A DNA stretch of 64,000 nucleotides from Spirochaetia bacterium (GTDB taxonomy: Bacteria > Spirochaetota > Spirochaetia > CADAEX01): positions 1 to 64,000 of the forward strand of contig CAXXHA010000028.1 of assembly GCA_963662265.2 (NCBI GenBank), written 5' to 3'. Within the stretch, counting starts at the first letter, position 1. Each line of letters opens with the position of its first letter. The position numbers and the translations under genes were made by a program. The notes beneath the pieces were generated by a model, which was not told where the DNA came from, did no database searches, and saw only the letters and a list, made by a program, of their open reading frames with translations. Shown in pieces: positions 60,141 through 64,000 of this stretch.

Positions 60141-61277
60141 CTATTTTTTTCTTATTTCTATTTCTTCCAGATATATTTTTTTCAAATAATCAACTACTTT
60201 ATTTTCATCACAATGTTCTAGACAGTATTTTCTGGCATTTTCACTAATTTTTTTTGCCAGAGTATTATCATTAAGAATATCATAAATCCTATCAGCCATC
60301 ATTTCATGATTATTCAAAGGTACCAAGTAACCATTTTTACCATTTTCAATTAACTCATTAGAACCTATCACATCAGTGGCAATACAAGGGATGCCAAAAT
60401 ACATTGATTCCATAATGCTTCGCGGTTTACCTTCTTTTATTGAAGAAAGAACAGAAATATCAGCAGATGCAAGATATCTTTTTATTTCATCTCTATCCAG
60501 TTTTCCTGTAAATACTACTTTATCTGTTAATCTGTATTTTTTTATTTTATCAGAAATTAATTCCCGATCCCCTTCCCCTATCAGATAAAGCTTATAGTTT
60601 TTAAATTGATGTTTTTGCTCGAGAATATTTAAAGCTTCAATCAGCATTACATGATTTTTTACAGGCTCAATACGAGCAACACAGATTATTTTTTTAATAT
60701 TTTCATTTGATTTTTTTTTATCAATTTTATTAAACTCATCAAAATTAATTCCATTACTAATATAAATCAGTTTACATTTCTTTAAATTAAAACTATATGC
60801 TAATTCATATTCATATCTATTCTGAAAAAGAAGTATATCTGTAAGCAAACCCAGTATTCTTTCAATGATATAAAATATTTTTCTTTTAATACCATTATAT
60901 TTAGTAAAATGAAAACCATGCACCTGATGAATAATAATCATCTTTTTTTGATGGAAAAAATTGTACATCCAGCAAATAATACGTCCAATAGCTCCGGCTT
61001 TTGAGTTGTGAGTATGAATTATATCAGGATTCTCACTCTTAATAGTCTTAAATAAAACAATTGATTCCTTAATAATATTTAAGATTCCCAATCCTCTTGT
61101 AACATCTATTGTTTTTACTTGAACACCACTATTCCTGATTACTTCTGCATCCGGACCTTCTGGACAAAGAATAATATTATTTATATCTGATCCTTCATTG
61201 ATCTTTTTAACACGTGACAAAAGCAACCGCAATGCACCCTGTGTAGTTGTCGAAAAATCTATTATTTTTATAGACAT
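60141..61277 (-). CDS. GT4 glycosyltransferase
   Basis: HTHNSKAG, VHGFHF, ARIEPVKNH, EGKPRSIMESM. Confidence 0.9.
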   Translation of the reverse strand: MSIKIIDFSTTTQGALRLLLSRVKKINEGSDINNIILCPEGPDAEVIRNSGVQVKTIDVTRGLGILNIIKESIVLFKTIKSENPDIIHTHNSKAGAIGRIICWMYNFFHQKKMIIIHQVHGFHFTKYNGIKRKIFYIIERILGLLTDILLFQNRYEYELAYSFNLKKCKLIYISNGINFDEFNKIDKKKSNENIKKIICVARIEPVKNHVMLIEALNILEQKHQFKNYKLYLIGEGDRELISDKIKKYRLTDKVVFTGKLDRDEIKRYLASADISVLSSIKEGKPRSIMESMYFGIPCIATDVIGSNELIENGKNGYLVPLNNHEMMADRIYDILNDNTLAKKISENARKYCLEHCDENKVVDYLKKIYLEEIEIRKK

Positions 61278-62507
61278 CTATCTAATTCTCTTTTTTTTCC
61301 AGATTATTTTGTTATACATTAGCCAATTGTAAGGAACAACAAGTAAGCCTATCGCTAAAATAAGAGATACCTGCCGAACAAAAACAGTATCTGATATTAA
61401 TATTGTTGCCAACCCTATAAACACAAACTGGATGATAATTGCGCCAAATGAAGTTAAATTAAATTTAAGAAAACTGGAAAGTACATGTTTTATTCTGTTT
61501 AATTTTCTATCTGAAAAAGTCCAGTTATTGTTTAGTATGTAATTTGATATTATTGCCATTTCTGTAGCCATTCCAGCGGCCCATGAAGATGGATTTGATA
61601 ATAAATTAATAGGTTTTCCTGTTAATTTAATAATTACATCTGATATATTTACAGCAATACTGTTTCTAAATACTTCCATAAACACAGCATTTACCAAAAA
61701 TCCGATGAAGCCGACAATTCCAAATTTTACAAACCGTCTTGTTTCTTTATCGCAGCATCTAAGTCGGATAACTGTCTTTAAAATCTCAACAGGAGTCTGG
61801 CCAGTTATTTTAGATTCACCTTCTTCTCTTAATTTAAAATTCAAAGGGATTTCCTTAACATTTGCACCGCTTTTTACTGTTCGGAAAAGCCATTCCAGCT
61901 TATATCCAAATCCTCTTGAATATATCTGTTCATAGTTTATTTTATTTAATACTGGATATACTCTTGTCGCTTTTAACCCGGTTGTAGGATCTGTAACTTT
62001 AAAAAAATCTTTTGTCGGGAAAAAAAGAATCATTCTTGCAACAAATCCACCAAAAACACTGAAGAATAATCGCTTTAATCCCCAATTTTCAGGGAATCCT
62101 CCCCCTTTTACCCTTCTGGAGCCCAATACATAATCATATCCGTTATCAATTTCCTCAAGCATTACAGGTATTGTTTCGGGAGGATGCTGAAAATCTCCAT
62201 CAAATTCAAATACAACATCTGCATCCAATTCATTAACTGCATATTTAAAACCTTTTATATATGCTGCGCCAATACCTTCTTTTTCTTTTTCTTCATATAA
62301 GAATAAATCTTTATATTTTTCCTTTCTTTTTTTTACTTCTTCCGCAGTACCATCAGGAGACTGTCCGTCTACTATCAATATTTTTAATATCCAGTTTTTA
62401 ACAGGAATTATTTTGCTAAAGAGATAATCAATCATTTTACCGATCGATTCTTTTTCATTATATGTCGGTATTACTACTACAGCTGTTTTTTCATTTTGTG
62501 TTTTCAT
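61278..62507 (-). CDS. Polyprenol-phosphate glycosyltransferase (DPM1-like GT2) fused to a GtrA domain
   Basis: IPTYNEK, VDGQSPDGT, GIGAAY, FDGDFQHPP, GSR, DPTTG; C-terminal RFVKFGIVG...NNNWTF...KFN GtrA pattern. Confidence 0.9.
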   Translation of the reverse strand: MKTQNEKTAVVVIPTYNEKESIGKMIDYLFSKIIPVKNWILKILIVDGQSPDGTAEEVKKRKEKYKDLFLYEEKEKEGIGAAYIKGFKYAVNELDADVVFEFDGDFQHPPETIPVMLEEIDNGYDYVLGSRRVKGGGFPENWGLKRLFFSVFGGFVARMILFFPTKDFFKVTDPTTGLKATRVYPVLNKINYEQIYSRGFGYKLEWLFRTVKSGANVKEIPLNFKLREEGESKITGQTPVEILKTVIRLRCCDKETRRFVKFGIVGFIGFLVNAVFMEVFRNSIAVNISDVIIKLTGKPINLLSNPSSWAAGMATEMAIISNYILNNNWTFSDRKLNRIKHVLSSFLKFNLTSFGAIIIQFVFIGLATILISDTVFVRQVSLILAIGLLVVPYNWLMYNKIIWKKKRIR

Positions 62508-64000
62508 TAATTTCCATCTTTTCTTTTATATATTTTACAGTTATTTACAACCTTAACAGGTATATAATTCATTTCAATAATCTTATGAAATTTATCTAAA
62601 TTATTCTGTATATATTCATTGACAATCCTTCCATCTGAATCAAAATATTCAGTTTTGTCTATAATCAAAACAGGAGGATTATCATTAAATTTTTCAAAAA
62701 AATAATTGTAAACAAGATCTGCACTTTCCCTGGTTCTTAGATAATTATTTCCAAGTAAATGACCGCTGGGATCATATACAGGATTTGCTAATAATCTATC
62801 TGAGGCAAAATAATATGCGCCGCCAAAAGGCCATACAAATATTTTGTCATCCTTTGATGTATTAGATTTTATATATTCTATAACATTGTTCTTATTATTC
62901 ATATATTCTGTCCATGTGGGAGGATGATGCATTATATTAAAATGTAAATGAAGGAAAGGTGGAAATGATAATAATACAACAATAAAACAATAAATGATTT
63001 TTTTGTTTACTGTTTTATTAAATATAATATTTATATTGTCAATAAAAATAGAAAGTCCAGCTGCACAAATTGGAATAATTGATAAAAAAGTCAAATAATA
63101 ATATCGTTCTACATGCTTTCCGCCGGAAAATGCTGATAGATAAGTAAATAAGAAAACTAATAATAAAAATAGATTCTCTTTTTCCCTTAATTTTTTTCGT
63201 TTGGATATCAGATAATAACATCCAAAAATCAGGATTGGAACTAATCCAACTAAAAACCGAAGGACTAGAATTCCCCGTGCTATTCTTTTAAAGAGTGAGT
63301 AAGCACCAACATAATACCCTGAAAAAGAATACTGCCATAGAAGCAAATCATCTAAAGAGTTATTCAATTTATAATATAATAAAACCATTAGCGGAGGTAA
63401 CAAAAAAAACACAGCTGAAGTAATAATTTTTAATACTTTTTTTATTGAAGTGTTGTTTGATAACGCAACTATGACAACATATGGAATAACTAATATTCCG
63501 ATTCGCATGTTAATTAAAAATGCAAAAGATAAAAATAATGAAGATAATAGTAAATTACTCCATGAAAGTTCCATTTTTTTTCTAACAAAAAAATACATAC
63601 TGATTGAAGTAAAAAAAACTACAAAAACTTCGGTATTTGCAGCAAGAACTTCACTAGCCCTTACACAGGTGCTGTATGAAGCAAATAATAAAGCTGCCAA
63701 AAACCCTGCTTTTTTGTTAAACAACTCTTTTGTAATCAGCCAGAAAAAAACAGAAATTGAGAAAACACAACAAATATTTACAATTTTAAGCACAAAAAAA
63801 TCATTTTGAAAATTATCACCACCAAGAAAATCAATAAAAGAATAGATATAAAAAATTCCAGGAGATTTAATATCTGCAAAATCTTGATAAGGAAGACCAC
63901 CTGCATTAATAATTTTTGCAGCAGTCATATAAAAAAATTCGTCTTCTTTCCAAGAGTAATAAGGGAAAATTACAGATCTGAAAAGTATAACTGTAAATAT
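62507..64000 (-). CDS. GT-C fold membrane glycosyltransferase (ArnT/PMT-like); 5' end lies beyond the window
   Basis: The frame stays open to 64000 (IFTVILFR...WKEDEFFY, acidic DE motif). PY.D..DIKSPG and ANTE motifs; many TM segments and a soluble C-terminal domain. Confidence 0.85.
   Translation of the reverse strand: MFTVILFRSVIFPYYSWKEDEFFYMTAAKIINAGGLPYQDFADIKSPGIFYIYSFIDFLGGDNFQNDFFVLKIVNICCVFSISVFFWLITKELFNKKAGFLAALLFASYSTCVRASEVLAANTEVFVVFFTSISMYFFVRKKMELSWSNLLLSSLFLSFAFLINMRIGILVIPYVVIVALSNNTSIKKVLKIITSAVFFLLPPLMVLLYYKLNNSLDDLLLWQYSFSGYYVGAYSLFKRIARGILVLRFLVGLVPILIFGCYYLISKRKKLREKENLFLLLVFLFTYLSAFSGGKHVERYYYLTFLSIIPICAAGLSIFIDNINIIFNKTVNKKIIYCFIVVLLSFPPFLHLHFNIMHHPPTWTEYMNNKNNVIEYIKSNTSKDDKIFVWPFGGAYYFASDRLLANPVYDPSGHLLGNNYLRTRESADLVYNYFFEKFNDNPPVLIIDKTEYFDSDGRIVNEYIQNNLDKFHKIIEMNYIPVKVVNNCKIYKRKDGN

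Overview
A 64-kb, AT-rich chromosomal segment that most likely comes from a free-living spirochaete. The taxonomy is inferred from the 'LFAGGxxE' binding-protein leader, the CheX, the STAS-zinc-ribbon protein and the Asp-type MurA. From left to right: (i) 1-17.6 kb holds two adjacent organophosphate-scavenging loci. One is an RpiR-associated AfuABC/FbpABC-family ABC operon containing a beta-propeller phytase, a HAD phosphatase and an NHL lipoprotein, with a divergent TIM-barrel/HAD pair and a PhnP-like MBL. The other is a LacI-regulated AfuABC-like operon with a Cof HAD. (ii) 17.6-31.6 kb holds housekeeping and signalling genes (rhomboid, prenyl synthase, rlmE, NlpC/P60, REC-PP2C + STAS, adk, glycoside hydrolase, ygiQ, folA, thyA, STAS). 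A dispersed non-coding repeat occurs at 11.5, 24.2 and 29.9 kb. (iii) 31.8-32.2 kb is a dense DnaA-box cluster with no dnaA in the window. (iv) A CheY-CheX-membrane 'CheA without CheW' operon, with two compensating frameshifts. (v) murA, lysC and thrC. (vi) A duplicated porin-like OMP + CotH-kinase lipoprotein module with DUF4956, gmhA and a beta-helix protein. (vii) A lower-GC surface-glycan cluster (Gnu-like epimerase, glycosyltransferases, Wzx, UDP-GlcA epimerase, polyprenol-P GT2-GtrA, GT-C) running off the right edge. No rRNA, tRNA, CRISPR array or intact transposase was recognised. All family assignments come from reading motifs by eye, not from database searches.
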